A DNA stretch of 64,000 nucleotides, from the NCBI GenBank assembly GCA_963663805.2, contig CAXXMR010000013.1, positions 384,001 to 448,000 of the forward strand, given 5' to 3'. The notes beneath the pieces are model-generated. The model was not told the origin of the DNA, searched no databases, and worked only from the letters and a program-made list of their open reading frames with translations. This DNA comes from Sedimentisphaerales bacterium. GTDB taxonomy: Bacteria > Planctomycetota > Phycisphaerae > Sedimentisphaerales > SM23-30. Positions 31,320 to 41,809 of the stretch are shown piece after piece. Within the stretch, counting starts at the first letter, position 1. Each line of letters opens with the position of its first letter. A program made the translations under genes and the position numbers.

Positions 31320-31778
31320 ATGACACCCGACCAGGCAATGGACACCGGCAGTAAAATGATTCATCTGCTTACCCAGCAGAGACTGCTGTATATTCAGCTG
31401 CGTGACCTGGCTTCCCGTCAGTCTACGTTGGTAGACGGCAAGGATCCGGAGACTCTGTTGCGAATTCTGGCAGGGCGGCAGAGGCTGATTGATCGTTTGG
31501 CCGGACTGGACCGTGAATTGCGTCCGGTTCGCGCTGACTGGCAAAAGATAGCTGAAATGCTGCCGCCTGAACAGCGTCAGCAGGCTCAGGAGCTGGTCCA
31601 GAATGTGCAGGATATTCTTGGCGAAATTATCGCTCGCGATGAGCGCGACAGCGAAACGCTTTCTCAACAGCGTCAGGAAGTTGCCCGGGAGATTTGCAAT
31701 GTAAACTCCGGTAAGCGTGTTAATCGTGCTTATGGCGGGCCTCAGTATACTCCCGGCCGGTCGTTGGGACATGCTTGA
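31320..31778 (+). CDS. FlgN/FliT-like flagellar export chaperone
   Basis: All-helical, about 150 aa, LLxQQ..LY..L pattern, C-terminal AY; located upstream of the flagellar operon. Confidence 0.6.
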   Translation: MTPDQAMDTGSKMIHLLTQQRLLYIQLRDLASRQSTLVDGKDPETLLRILAGRQRLIDRLAGLDRELRPVRADWQKIAEMLPPEQRQQAQELVQNVQDILGEIIARDERDSETLSQQRQEVAREICNVNSGKRVNRAYGGPQYTPGRSLGHA

Positions 31779-31800
31779 TAACTGGTAAACCGTAAGGTTA

Positions 31801-32658
31801 GTGATGGCAGAATCAATAAAAGACATTAGAAAGAGCGTACCGGAATCGGCTGAAGCTGTTGAGCAGTTGGCCTCGGCGTTTGACGCTTATAACAAAGCGT
31901 CGGACCGGATTTATAATTCTTATGTTCAGCTTCAGGGTGAAGTTGTTCGTCTGCGTGAAGAGCTTCAGCAGAAAAATGAACAGTTAGAACGTAAAAGTCG
32001 TCTGGCCGTTCTGGGTGAGATGGCCGCGGGTATGGCCCATGAGATTCGTAATCCTCTGGGTGCTATCAAGCTGTATACTTCGATTCTGGAACGGGGCCTC
32101 AAAGGTAATGAAGATTTGCTCCAGTGGGCTCGCAAAATCAGTAAGGGGATACATTCGCTGGATGTGATTGTGACTGATATTCTGGCTTTCACGCATGAGC
32201 AGAATTGTGACAAGATAGCGGTAAACTTTGCGGATTTACTTAATGAAACTCTGGAATATGTTAGACCTCAGCTGAAAGAATCAGCGGTTGAGTTTGACCT
32301 TGATGCTGTTGACCGTAAATTGCAGATTCCGGTTGACCGTTCCATGATGCAGCGGGTTTTGATGAACCTTATCACTAACGCTTTGCAGATGATGTCTGAA
32401 TCGGGGACGCTTACAATCAAGGCTGGTCGTTGTGCCGATGAGCCGCCTTATCAGGTGCGAATCAGTGTTGAGGATACCGGGCCGGGGATTAAGGCTCAGG
32501 TTATGCACAAGATATTCAATCCATTTTTCACCACTCGCGATACCGGCACGGGTCTGGGACTGGCGATTGTTCATAGACTCGTCGAATCGCACGGCGGCGC
32601 TGTTACCGCGTCGAACAGAGATACCGGCGGTGCTTGTTTTACGATTTTATTGCCCTGA
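31801..32658 (+). CDS. Cytoplasmic histidine kinase (FlgS/FleS/FlrB-like)
   Basis: Coiled coil plus AHEIRNPL, DTGPG, GTGLGL; no TM segment; paired with a sigma54 activator before flgB. Confidence 0.9.
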   Translation: MMAESIKDIRKSVPESAEAVEQLASAFDAYNKASDRIYNSYVQLQGEVVRLREELQQKNEQLERKSRLAVLGEMAAGMAHEIRNPLGAIKLYTSILERGLKGNEDLLQWARKISKGIHSLDVIVTDILAFTHEQNCDKIAVNFADLLNETLEYVRPQLKESAVEFDLDAVDRKLQIPVDRSMMQRVLMNLITNALQMMSESGTLTIKAGRCADEPPYQVRISVEDTGPGIKAQVMHKIFNPFFTTRDTGTGLGLAIVHRLVESHGGAVTASNRDTGGACFTILLP

Positions 32659-32679
32659 CAAACAGGAAAGACGCGGATT

Positions 32680-34118
32680 ATGGCCCATATACTCGTTGTA
32701 GATGACAAAGAAATGATGCGTGACTCACTCCAGGCGACGCTCGCTATGGCTGGTCACGAAGTCGTTGCTTCGTCCGGCGCTCACGAGGCCCTGGAGCAGC
32801 TGGGTGCTTTTCCTTTCGATATGATTATCACTGATTTGAAGATGCCGCGTATGGATGGTTTGATGTTTATCGAGGAGATTCGCAAACGCAGCAACGAAAT
32901 TCCGATTGTTATGATGACCGCTTATGCCAGTATCGCCACCGCAGTGGAAGCCATGCGTAAAGGTGCTTACGATTATATCCAGAAACCGTTCGATGCTGAC
33001 CAGATTCAACTGCTGGTTGATCGTACGCTGGAGCATCATCGTCTGCTGAAAGAAAATGAGGCGCTTCGCACCACCGCGCACGACTGGCAGCGGGGCCGGA
33101 TGTTTATCGGTTCGGGCCCGGCGATGGACAGGCTTAATGAACAGATAGGCCGGGTTGCCAATAGCTCGGCTTCGGTGCTGATTATCGGAGAATCGGGGGA
33201 CTGGTAAAGAGATGGTTGCCCGTGCCCTGCACGCCCGCAGCGGCCGCGGTGAAAAACCTCTATTGGCGGTTAATTGTGCCGCTTTGAGCAGCAATCTTCT
33301 GGAAAGTGAACTGTTTGGCCATGAAAAAGGCGCTTTTAACGGTGCGGATAGGGCCCGGAAGGGGCGTTTTGAATTATCCGACGAAGGTACTTTACTGCTT
33401 GACGAAGTAAGCGAAATGGACTTGAACCTTCAGGCTAAACTTTTGCGGGTTCTTCAGGAACGTGAATTTGAGCGGGTTGGTTCCAGTCTTACGCGTCAGG
33501 TTGATGTTCGTGTTTTGGCGACGACCAATCGTGATTTGCAGGAATGGGTTCGCCAGGGCAAGTTTCGTGAGGATCTTTTTTATCGGCTTAACGTTGTTCC
33601 TATTGCTGTGCCTCCTTTACGGGAGCGCAGTGGTGATGACATCGAACAGCTTTGTGAATATTTTCTCACCCGCTGTGCCAGGCGTGAGGGGGGCGGATGT
33701 TTGCCAGCTTACCCCCGGCGCTTTGGAAATGCTCAAATGCTACCGTTGGCCGGGCAATGTTCGTGAACTGGAAAACCTGATGGAGCGGGTTTCGATACTG
33801 GGCGCTTCCGATGTGATTACCGAAGGATCGCTTCGGCCCTGGCTGGATGGGAAGCATTTTTCGTCTCCGGCGGTGGAAATGTCAGCTGGTATGCCCGACA
33901 CTTTTTGTATTGAAGACATGGAGCGTCAATTGATTAAGAAGGCCCTTGTCAAGTATGACGGACACCGTCAGAAAACCGCTGACGCGCTGGGAATCGGACT
34001 GCGTACCTTGGGCATGAAGATAAAAAGATGGAACATGACCGAGATTGGGCAGGCCGAAATTAGTGAAATTGAGGACCGGGCAAGTTCTGCCTCTTCCCGC
34101 GCAACAATTGCCGGGTAG
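32680..34118 (+). CDS. sigma54-dependent response regulator (FlgR/FleR/FlrC-like); two frameshifts in G-runs (~33195, ~33690)
   Basis: REC, GESG(T)[31 protein letters not shown] and Fis HTH spread across three frames. Confidence 0.9.
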
Positions 34119-34321
34119 TCGGAGTCAGGGTTCTGGTAATACTGAAAAGCGGTTATCCACAAAAAGTTAATAATGTGCGAAATGCTCATGGGACAAATTC
34201 TTTGAGAAGGGTTTGAGGCGAACTAAATGTTTTATTGAGCATTAGTTATGTAAAGCGAGGGCCGGTGCTGCCCGTCTTGGGCAACTAAAGTTGAGCAGTG
34301 CCGGCTACTACGCTTGACCTG

Positions 34322-34337
34322 TGGCATAAATTTTGCA
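34322..34337 (+). promoter_or_regulatory. sigma54 (-24/-12) promoter of the flagellar operon
   Basis: TGGCATAAATTTTGCA, with GG and GC 12 bp apart, ~65 bp upstream of flgB. Confidence 0.8.
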
Positions 34338-34403
34338 TTGTAGTGCGGTTGGTGTATTCCCGGTGCATGCCGGGACCGCAAAAAGAGACAAAAGGAAACA
34401 CGG

Positions 34404-34841
34404 ATGTTTATTGAGGGCTTACTGAATCGTGGCGCGACTCCGGTACTGGAAAAGGTATTATCCTTTACCCAGCAGCGGCAGGAGGTGCTGGCCAATAATA
34501 TCAGTAATCTGGATACCGTAGGCTACAAAGCCAAAGACCTGCCGGCGGAGAAGTTTTTCGCCGCTCTGAACGAAGCGGTTGAACGGCGGGAAAAGGGCGG
34601 GGCCGGCGCTCGGCTGGAAATTCGCAGTACCGGCGGCATAAGCGTGGACTCTGCCGACAGCATGACCATCCAGCCCATCGAAATTGAGGACAGTAATATC
34701 CTCTTTCATGATGAAAATAACCGTTTTATCGAAAAGCAAATGAGCGAAATGTCGCAAAATGCCCTGCTGCACAATCTGGCCACCGAAATGTTGCGGGCTA
34801 AATACGGTGGATTGCAAACCGCCATTCGTGGTCGGCTCTAA
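34404..34841 (+). CDS. flgB: Flagellar basal-body rod protein FlgB
   Basis: RQEVLANNISNLDTVGYKAKD motif. Confidence 0.95.
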   Translation: MFIEGLLNRGATPVLEKVLSFTQQRQEVLANNISNLDTVGYKAKDLPAEKFFAALNEAVERREKGGAGARLEIRSTGGISVDSADSMTIQPIEIEDSNILFHDENNRFIEKQMSEMSQNALLHNLATEMLRAKYGGLQTAIRGRL

Positions 34842-34860
34842 AATATGAGGATAGTGAACG

Positions 34861-35254
34861 ATGTTTAATGCCATAAATACTTCGACATCAGGTATGGTTG
34901 CTCAGCGGATTCGGCTGAATACTATTGCTATGAATATGGCAAATATTGACACCGTGGAAACTCCTGAAGGCGGACCTTATCAGCGTCGCAGTGTGGTTTT
35001 CTCGGAAGGTCGCGACCGTGACGGCGGCGAAGGTGTTCACGTTTCCGAAATCAATAAAGAAGATGTATATCGCTGGGAATATGACCCGCAGAACCCTTAT
35101 GCCAACGAAGATGGTTTTGTTAAAATGCCCGGTATCGACTCTTTCACCCGAAATGGTCAATGCCATGGAAGCCACCCGTGCTTACGAAGCGAACCTTACC
35201 GCTATCGAGTTGAGCAAAGGGATGTTGAACAACGCATTGAGGATATTGGCTTAA
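34861..35254 (+). CDS. flgC: Flagellar basal-body rod protein FlgC (+1 frameshift ~35140)
   Basis: SGMVAQRIRLNTIAMNMAN...YDPQNPYA; C-terminal EMVNAMEATRAYEAN in another frame. Confidence 0.92.
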
Positions 35255-35351
35255 GATTTAATAAGGTGCGTCGGCGGAGCCGGCGTCGGATAATTGCAGG
35301 ATGCCCGGATTTCGCCTTGCGGAAAAGGCGACCTGAGCCAGAGGCAATAAG

Positions 35352-35666
35352 ATGGTAGACAATTTTAATTCAATTTACACCGATAAGCTGACCAGCAACA
35401 ACGGCCAGACCAAAGGACCTGCCAACGCAAGTGCGCCGACCGACGGCAAAGATTTTCAGACTACACTCAAGGAAAGCATTGATGAGGTAAATCGCTTGCA
35501 GGCTGAGGCTGACCAGGCGATGTCGAACCTCGCTACCGGCAAGACCGAAAACGTTGCAGAAGTTTTCACCGCGGTTAAAAAAGCTGAGCTTGCTTTCCAG
35601 ACCCTTATGCAGATTCGCAATAAGCTGATGGACGCTTACGACGAAATCAAGCAGATGAAAGTATAA
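35352..35666 (+). CDS. fliE: Flagellar hook-basal body protein FliE
   Basis: KAELAFQTLMQIRNKLMDAYDEIKQM. Confidence 0.95.
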   Translation: MVDNFNSIYTDKLTSNNGQTKGPANASAPTDGKDFQTTLKESIDEVNRLQAEADQAMSNLATGKTENVAEVFTAVKKAELAFQTLMQIRNKLMDAYDEIKQMKV

Positions 35667-35692
35667 ACACCTTAACAGAGGCTGAAGAATAA

Positions 35693-37383
35693 ATGAGTTT
35701 TCCTCCGCAAAGCATTAGAGCAGATTCAGACCCAATTGCGTGATTTGACTGTCAGTCAAAAGTTGGCGATTGGTGCCTTTGCGGTTATTGCTCTTATCGC
35801 GATTTTCTGGGGTGTGCAGCTTTCCGCTCAGCAGGAAAAGGTTGTTCTGCTCAACCAGGGTTTTGATCAGGAACAGCTCACGCGGATTATCAACAAGCTC
35901 GATCAGTGGGCCGAGAAATACGAAGTCAAGGGCAATCAGATTCTCGTGCCCCGCAGTCGTGCCAACGCTCTTTCTTACAAACTCGCTTCGGAAGATGCTC
36001 TGCCGGACGATATTTCCGCGGGTTTTATGAAGCGTCTGGAAGATAATGATATCTGGACACCGGCTTCGGTTCGTGAAAACAAAGATACTATCGCATTACA
36101 GGTAGAGCTGGCCGCGACAATCAATACTTTTCCCGGCGTTGATTCAGCCAAGGTGTTCATCAATCGCGGCGACCAGCGTCGGCTCAACAATATGACACCT
36201 ATCGCGACCGCATCGGTTTCGGTCAAGCTGTCTTCCGGCAAGGCCCCTAACCGCAAACTCGCCACCGCCATCGCCGGTTTTGTCGGTTCCGCCGTCAATC
36301 GTCTTAAACGCGAAAATGTCGAAATTATTATGAACGGTTCTCTTATTCCGGTCGTTGCTGAGGACCAGGAGTTCGGCACGGATTACCTGGAACAAAAACT
36401 TCAGTATGAAAAATACTTCCGTGAAAAAATTCTGGATGTTTTGCCGATTCCCAATGTTTTGGTTCAGGTTGATGCCAAACCGCGTAATACTCACACGAAA
36501 AAGCAGGAAGAAAAAATTTCTCCCGAAGGTAACGGTTCGCTGGTGGTCGCTCAGGAAGAAACCGCCACCGAGGAAAACAATAATCGCACCATGGCTAATC
36601 GCGAACCCGGCATGATGGCCAATGTGCCGGACAATAACTCCGGTTCCAATGGTACAACCCAGAGCGAAACTCGCGAAGACACCTCCCGCCGCAATACCGT
36701 AATTCCGGGCAGTACAATTATCGAGGAAATTACCCCTGCCGGCGGTATTCCGCGTGAAGACATTACCGCTACTGTTAGTGTTCCTCTGGAATATTTCGAG
36801 GGTTTGGCCAAACGTGAAGCCGGCGGAGACGCAGAACCAGACGATGCCGCTGTTAAAGCCGTCATGGAACGTGAAATACCCAACCTCAAAGAGGTTGTCA
36901 TGCGGGCACTTAACCTGCACGGTGAAGATTATGCCGAGCAGGTATTTGTAAGTTCGTACTGGGCCGGCGGGCTTGTCGCGGCTGCTGGTGCTGGTGCCGG
37001 TGGTCTCGATGGTGCCGAAGTGGTTCAGGAAGGCTCGGTCGGTGGTATAGCCAAACGCTACGGCAAACACATCGCGGTTTCCGTACTGGCGATGTTCTCA
37101 CTCATGATGGTGCTGATGATGGTCAGACGCAGCACCAGTGTTACCGACCTGACCGATGAAGAAGCCGCGATGCTCACCGGCAAACCTCCGCTGGACGCTT
37201 TGGGGGTGGAAGAAAGTCCCTTCGCTGACTCCGATGAAGTCGGCGGATTGCCTCAGCGGTCTGGAACTGGACGAAGGAGCCGTACGCTCCCAGCAGGTTC
37301 TTGAACAGATTCGCACTATGGTACAGGAATCACCCGAAACCGCGGCCAAGCTGGTTAATAAATGGATTAAGAAAGACGCTTAA
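35693..37383 (+). CDS. fliF: Flagellar M-ring protein FliF (frameshifts near 35700 and 37250)
   Basis: Two TM segments, ELAATI...GVDSAKV, ASVSV; C-terminal ESPETAAKLVNKWI in the shifted frame. Confidence 0.9.
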
Positions 37384-38409
37384 TGCCGACGCACGAAGAA
37401 ATCCTGATGCGCATGTCCGGGCTGCGTAAAGCCTCGATTATCCTGCTTTCGCTGGGCAAGGATATTGGTGCGCAGGTGATGGCCCTGATGGACCGCGGTG
37501 ATATTGAGGATGTTACGCGTGAAATCGCGGAAATAGAAGGTATTGCTCCTCTTGAGCAGGATGCTGTTTTGGATGAATTTTACAATCTCGCTTTGGCCCA
37601 TCGTTATATGGACCAAGGCGGTCTTTCTTATGCTCAGGCCCTTCTCGAAAAATCACTCGCGCCCGAAGACGCCGCCGACATTTTGCGTCAGGTTACTCAG
37701 ACTATTCAGCAGACCCCTTTCCAGTTCCTGCAGAAAGCCGAGTCCGAGAACGTCCTGACGTTTATTCAGGACGAGCATCCCCAGACCATCGCCCTGATTC
37801 TCGCTCATTTGCAGGCGCAGAAATCTTCCGAAATTCTTATGTGGGCTTTCCCAGCAGAAACAGGTTGAAGTAATCAAGCGTATTGCTTCGATGGAGCAGA
37901 CCAATCCCGAAGTAATCCGGGAAGTTGAAATCGGTCTTGAGTCACGTCTTAGCGATATTGTTTCGCAGACCTTCGACAAGGCCGGCGGGATTGACGCGGC
38001 CGCGGAGATTCTCAATCTTGCCGACCGTTCCACCGAAAAAGGCATTCTTGAAAGTCTCGAAACCGACGACCCGGACCTGGTCGAACAGATTCGCCGTCTC
38101 ATGTTCGTCTTTGAGGATATCATGCTTGTCAACGATAAGGGCATTCAGGCCGTGCTCAAGGAAGTCGATAACGACGAACTCGCTCTGGCCCTCAAAACCG
38201 CCAGTGAGGAACTCAGAGAGAAAATCTTTGGAAATATGTCCGAACGTGCTTCTCAGCTTATCAAGGAAGATATGGAATATATGGGGCCGGTTCGTCTTAG
38301 TGATGTCGAGTCCGCCCAGCAGAAAATTGTTGATATTGTCCGCCGGCTTGAGGATGCCGGAGAAATCATCATTGCCGGCCGCGGGGGTGAGTCGGATATG
38401 GTTGTTTAA
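37383..38409 (+). CDS. fliG: Flagellar motor switch protein FliG (frameshift ~37845)
   Basis: GLRKASIILLSLG, EHPQTIALILAHL, MFVFED, MSERA, GPVRLSDVE. Confidence 0.95.
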
Positions 38410-38427
38410 TTAGCTTAGGTGTAGATT

Positions 38428-39166
38428 ATGGTGTTAATGAAATCCGCAGATTTTGCCGCCAGCAGCGATAAGAAGGAAACCTTCAACTTCAGTGACATCG
38501 CTGCCGAAGCTCGTGCCCTGATTGCCCAGGCCCAGAAAAAACGCGACCAGATGATTGCCGACGCTCAAGTTCTTATCGAGCAGTCCCGCAAGGACGGGTT
38601 CGAGGAAGGGAAAAAAGCCGGCCATCAGGAAGGTTTCGCTCAGGGCCAAAAAGAAGGTCACGAACAGGCCTTCGCGGAAGCCCAGGTAAAATACCAGAAA
38701 CAAACCGACCAGACCCACACAATGCTCAATGAAATATTGCAGAATTTCGAGCAGATTAAAAACTCAGCTTCTCTGGCAGGCTGAACAAGGGACAGTTGCC
38801 CTGGCCCTGGCCATCGCCGAGAAAGTTGTCAAGCAGAAAGGGCTGGGTTCTTCTCAGGTTGCCTGTCAAAACCTCAAGGCGGCCCTGGAGCTGCTTTCCG
38901 GCACGACCGATATCATCGTAAAAGTAAATCCCCAGGATATTGAACATCTGCATCAGATGGCAGATAAGAGTGGACAGACCTTCGGCAGCTTCGAACATAT
39001 AAAGTTCGCCCCGGATGAAAGCATCCATCCGGGTGGCTGCCTGGTCAAAACCCCCAACGGTCAGATTGACGCCGATTTGGAGACCCAGCTCAGCAGAATC
39101 GCTGACGAATTGCTTATGACCAAAACGTGGGCCGAGCCTCGAAGTTCGGTCTGGCCAGGATGTTAA
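38428..39166 (+). CDS. fliH: Flagellar assembly protein FliH (+1 A at ~38760)
   Basis: GxxxG repeats; VKVNPQD and GGCLVKT..GQIDA. Confidence 0.9.
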
Positions 39167-39237
39167 TTCTGAATCTCAAATGGCGGCGGAATCAGATGTT
39201 CGTAATATTAATGAACCAGAAACCAGGAAATAAATAA

Positions 39238-40612
39238 GTGTCCGAAACTATTGCCGACAATATGACTCAAAGATACGAAGCCTTGCGGCGAACGTTCACG
39301 TTCGAGTTGCGTGGGCGGATTGTCGGCATGACAGGTTTGACTGTCGAGGTGGTAGATTTCGCGGCTCCTGTGGGTGCCCTTTGTGACATTATCACCCGGC
39401 ACGACCATCAAATTCCCGCTGAGGTTATCGGCTTCCGCGGTGAAATTTCCGTACTTATGCCCCTGGCTGAAATGACCGGTATCGCCTGTGGCGATCACGT
39501 TACCTGCAAGAGCGTACAACGCTCCGTCCCGGTAGGATCGCAATTGTTAGGCAGGGTGATCAACGCCCAGGGTCAACCAATAGATGGCAAAGGACCGCTG
39601 CTTTGCCAGACACGCTCGGCGATTTCCGCTGAGCCGCTTGAGCCCCTTTCCCGTGTTCGCATTAACACACCGCTCGGTACCGGCATTCGTGCTATCGATG
39701 CGCTGATGACCTGCGGTTGCGGACAGAGAATGGGTATTTTCAGTGGACCCGGTGTCGGCAAGAGTGTCTTGCTCGGGATGATTAGTCGTTACAACCTCCG
39801 CCGATGTATCAGTCATTGCCCTGATCGGAGAGCGTGGCCGTGAGGTCCGGGAGTTCCTTGAGAAGGATCTCGGTCCGCGCGGCCTCGAACGTTCGGTTGT
39901 TGTGGTTAGCACCTCTGATGAGCCAGCCCCTTTAAGGGTGCAGGCTGGTTTTGTTGCTACATCTATTGCTGAACATTTCCGTGAACAGGGTGCCAATGTG
40001 CTTTTACTGATGGATTCGGTAACGCGTATTGCCATGGCCCAGAGACAAATAGGTCTGGCGATGGGTGAACCGCCTGCCACACGCGGCTTTACACCCAGCG
40101 TATTCGCACTGCTGCCCCGTTTGTTTGAACGGTGCGGTCGCAGTGTTCGGGGAAGCATCACCGGCTTCTTCACCGTCCTGGTCGAGGGTGACGACATGAG
40201 CGAACCAATTGCCGACGCCGTACAGTCTATTCTCGATGGTCACCTTTGGCTTTCGCGTGACCTCGCTAACCGCGGGCATTATCCCGCTCTTGACATGCTG
40301 CATAGCATCAGTCGAGTCATGTCCGATATTACCGGCGACGAACATAAAAAGTTCGCGCGTCAGGTAATCAAGCTCATCGCGACGTATAAAGATATTGAAG
40401 ATCTTGTCAATATCGGGGCTTATGCTCCCGGCGCGAATGCTGAATTTGACCTGGCGGTGCAGGCTCAGCCGGCGATAAACCAGTTCCTTAGTCAGGGCAT
40501 GGACGAATATGTTTCTATCGACCAGACACTCGAACAATTAAAGCAGCTTAACGACGCCATCGCTCACGCCGGCAACCGCGATTTCACGGCAGGCGCCAGC
40601 CTCGTTGGCTGA
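39238..40612 (+). CDS. fliI: Flagellar export ATPase FliI (+1 A at ~39793)
   Basis: GQRMGIFSGPGVGKS, MDSVTR, GEPPATRGF, LDGH. Confidence 0.95.
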
Positions 40613-40678
40613 TAAACAGAAAAAACCGCAAAACAAAAAACCCGTAACGAATGATGGCGGGAATTTAAGGATTGAGCC

Positions 40679-41146
40679 ATGAAGAAATTTAACTTCCGGC
40701 TCGAGCCGGTGCTGAAACTTAGAAAACAGATTGAAAATCAGAAGAAACGTGTCGTCGGTGATATGATGGCCGAAATCAACCAGCAGCAGCAGCGGGCCCT
40801 GGAGCTGGCTGATAGTATCCGCGACGAAGGCCAAAGAGTAAAAAACCTGCAAGAGCAGGGACAGGTAGACCTTGAATGGATGTCATACTATTATCGCTAT
40901 GTCGCCCAGACCCGCCAAGCTATCCAGTTGCGCATCAACAATGTTATGAACATGCAGCAGAATCTCAATACTGCCCGACAGGACCTGTCTCAGGCCGCCC
41001 GGCAAACCAAAGCGCTTGAGAAACTCAAGGAAAAAAGAAAAAACGCCTACATGCACGAATTTGAACATCAGCAGAGAAGAGAATGGGACGAAATCGGTAG
41101 CAATCTCTACCTTAGAAAAATGAACCATAAAAAGGAAGATAATTAA
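40679..41146 (+). CDS. fliJ: Flagellar export protein FliJ
   Basis: MKKFNFRLEPVLKLR N-terminus, coiled coil, position after fliI. Confidence 0.9.
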   Translation: MKKFNFRLEPVLKLRKQIENQKKRVVGDMMAEINQQQQRALELADSIRDEGQRVKNLQEQGQVDLEWMSYYYRYVAQTRQAIQLRINNVMNMQQNLNTARQDLSQAARQTKALEKLKEKRKNAYMHEFEHQQRREWDEIGSNLYLRKMNHKKEDN

Positions 41147-41158
41147 ATCTGACTGACT

Positions 41159-41791
41159 ATGAGTAAAATCGTTTTTGGAATTTTAATCGCTCTATTGCTC
41201 ATCCAGAGCCTGGCCCTTACTGGCTTTTTGGCTTATGGATTTGCTACCGGCCATTTCGACGGCGAAATGCGTGACCAGTATATGGCCACCTGGCGTGGCG
41301 AAAAACTTGTCCCGCCGCCGGTGGAAGAAGAGGTTAAAGTAGATGCCGAAACTCCCCAGGAAGCTGGTGCGCGTATCGCTCAGGCGGAAATTGAACGTGA
41401 AGCTCTCTCTCGTGATATGCAGAGACATGTAGAATTACTCAGGAATATGCAGTTCTCTGTAAAAGCTGCCCAACAGCAGGTGGAAAAAAATCTCAGGCAA
41501 CTTAATGAGGATCGGACAACCTTCGATACTCAAGTTGCCGCATATCAGCAACGCGCCCTTGATGAAGGTTTCCAGAAGGCGCTCAAGGAATATTCGCTAC
41601 TCAAGCCCAAACAAGCCAAAACTGACTTCATGAAAATGGCCGAGGACGAAGCCGTTCGCTACCTCGCCGCCATGAAACCTGATGTCGCCAAAAAAATACT
41701 TGAACAGTTCCGCACTCCCGAAGAAGAACAACGCCGGCTTACTCTGCTTAGAATGTTAAATGAACAGGGTGTCATTGCCCTGGGAAAATGA
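41159..41791 (+). CDS. MotE/FlbB-like membrane-anchored flagellar protein
   Basis: N-terminal TM, coiled coil, C-terminal MKPDVAKKIL MgtE-N-like helices; position between fliJ and fliK. Confidence 0.65.
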   Translation: MSKIVFGILIALLLIQSLALTGFLAYGFATGHFDGEMRDQYMATWRGEKLVPPPVEEEVKVDAETPQEAGARIAQAEIEREALSRDMQRHVELLRNMQFSVKAAQQQVEKNLRQLNEDRTTFDTQVAAYQQRALDEGFQKALKEYSLLKPKQAKTDFMKMAEDEAVRYLAAMKPDVAKKILEQFRTPEEEQRRLTLLRMLNEQGVIALGK

Positions 41792-41809
41792 TTTCCATAA
41801 GAGGAAAAA

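Noticed and set aside
34153..34161. oriC suggested by a perfect DnaA box TTATCCACA
   Set aside because: It is a single box with no cluster and no dnaA/dnaN nearby; other matches (13900, ~60618) lie within genes.
34222..34260. dif site (TTATGTAAA resembles the XerD arm)
   Set aside because: No plausible XerC arm at 6-bp spacing.
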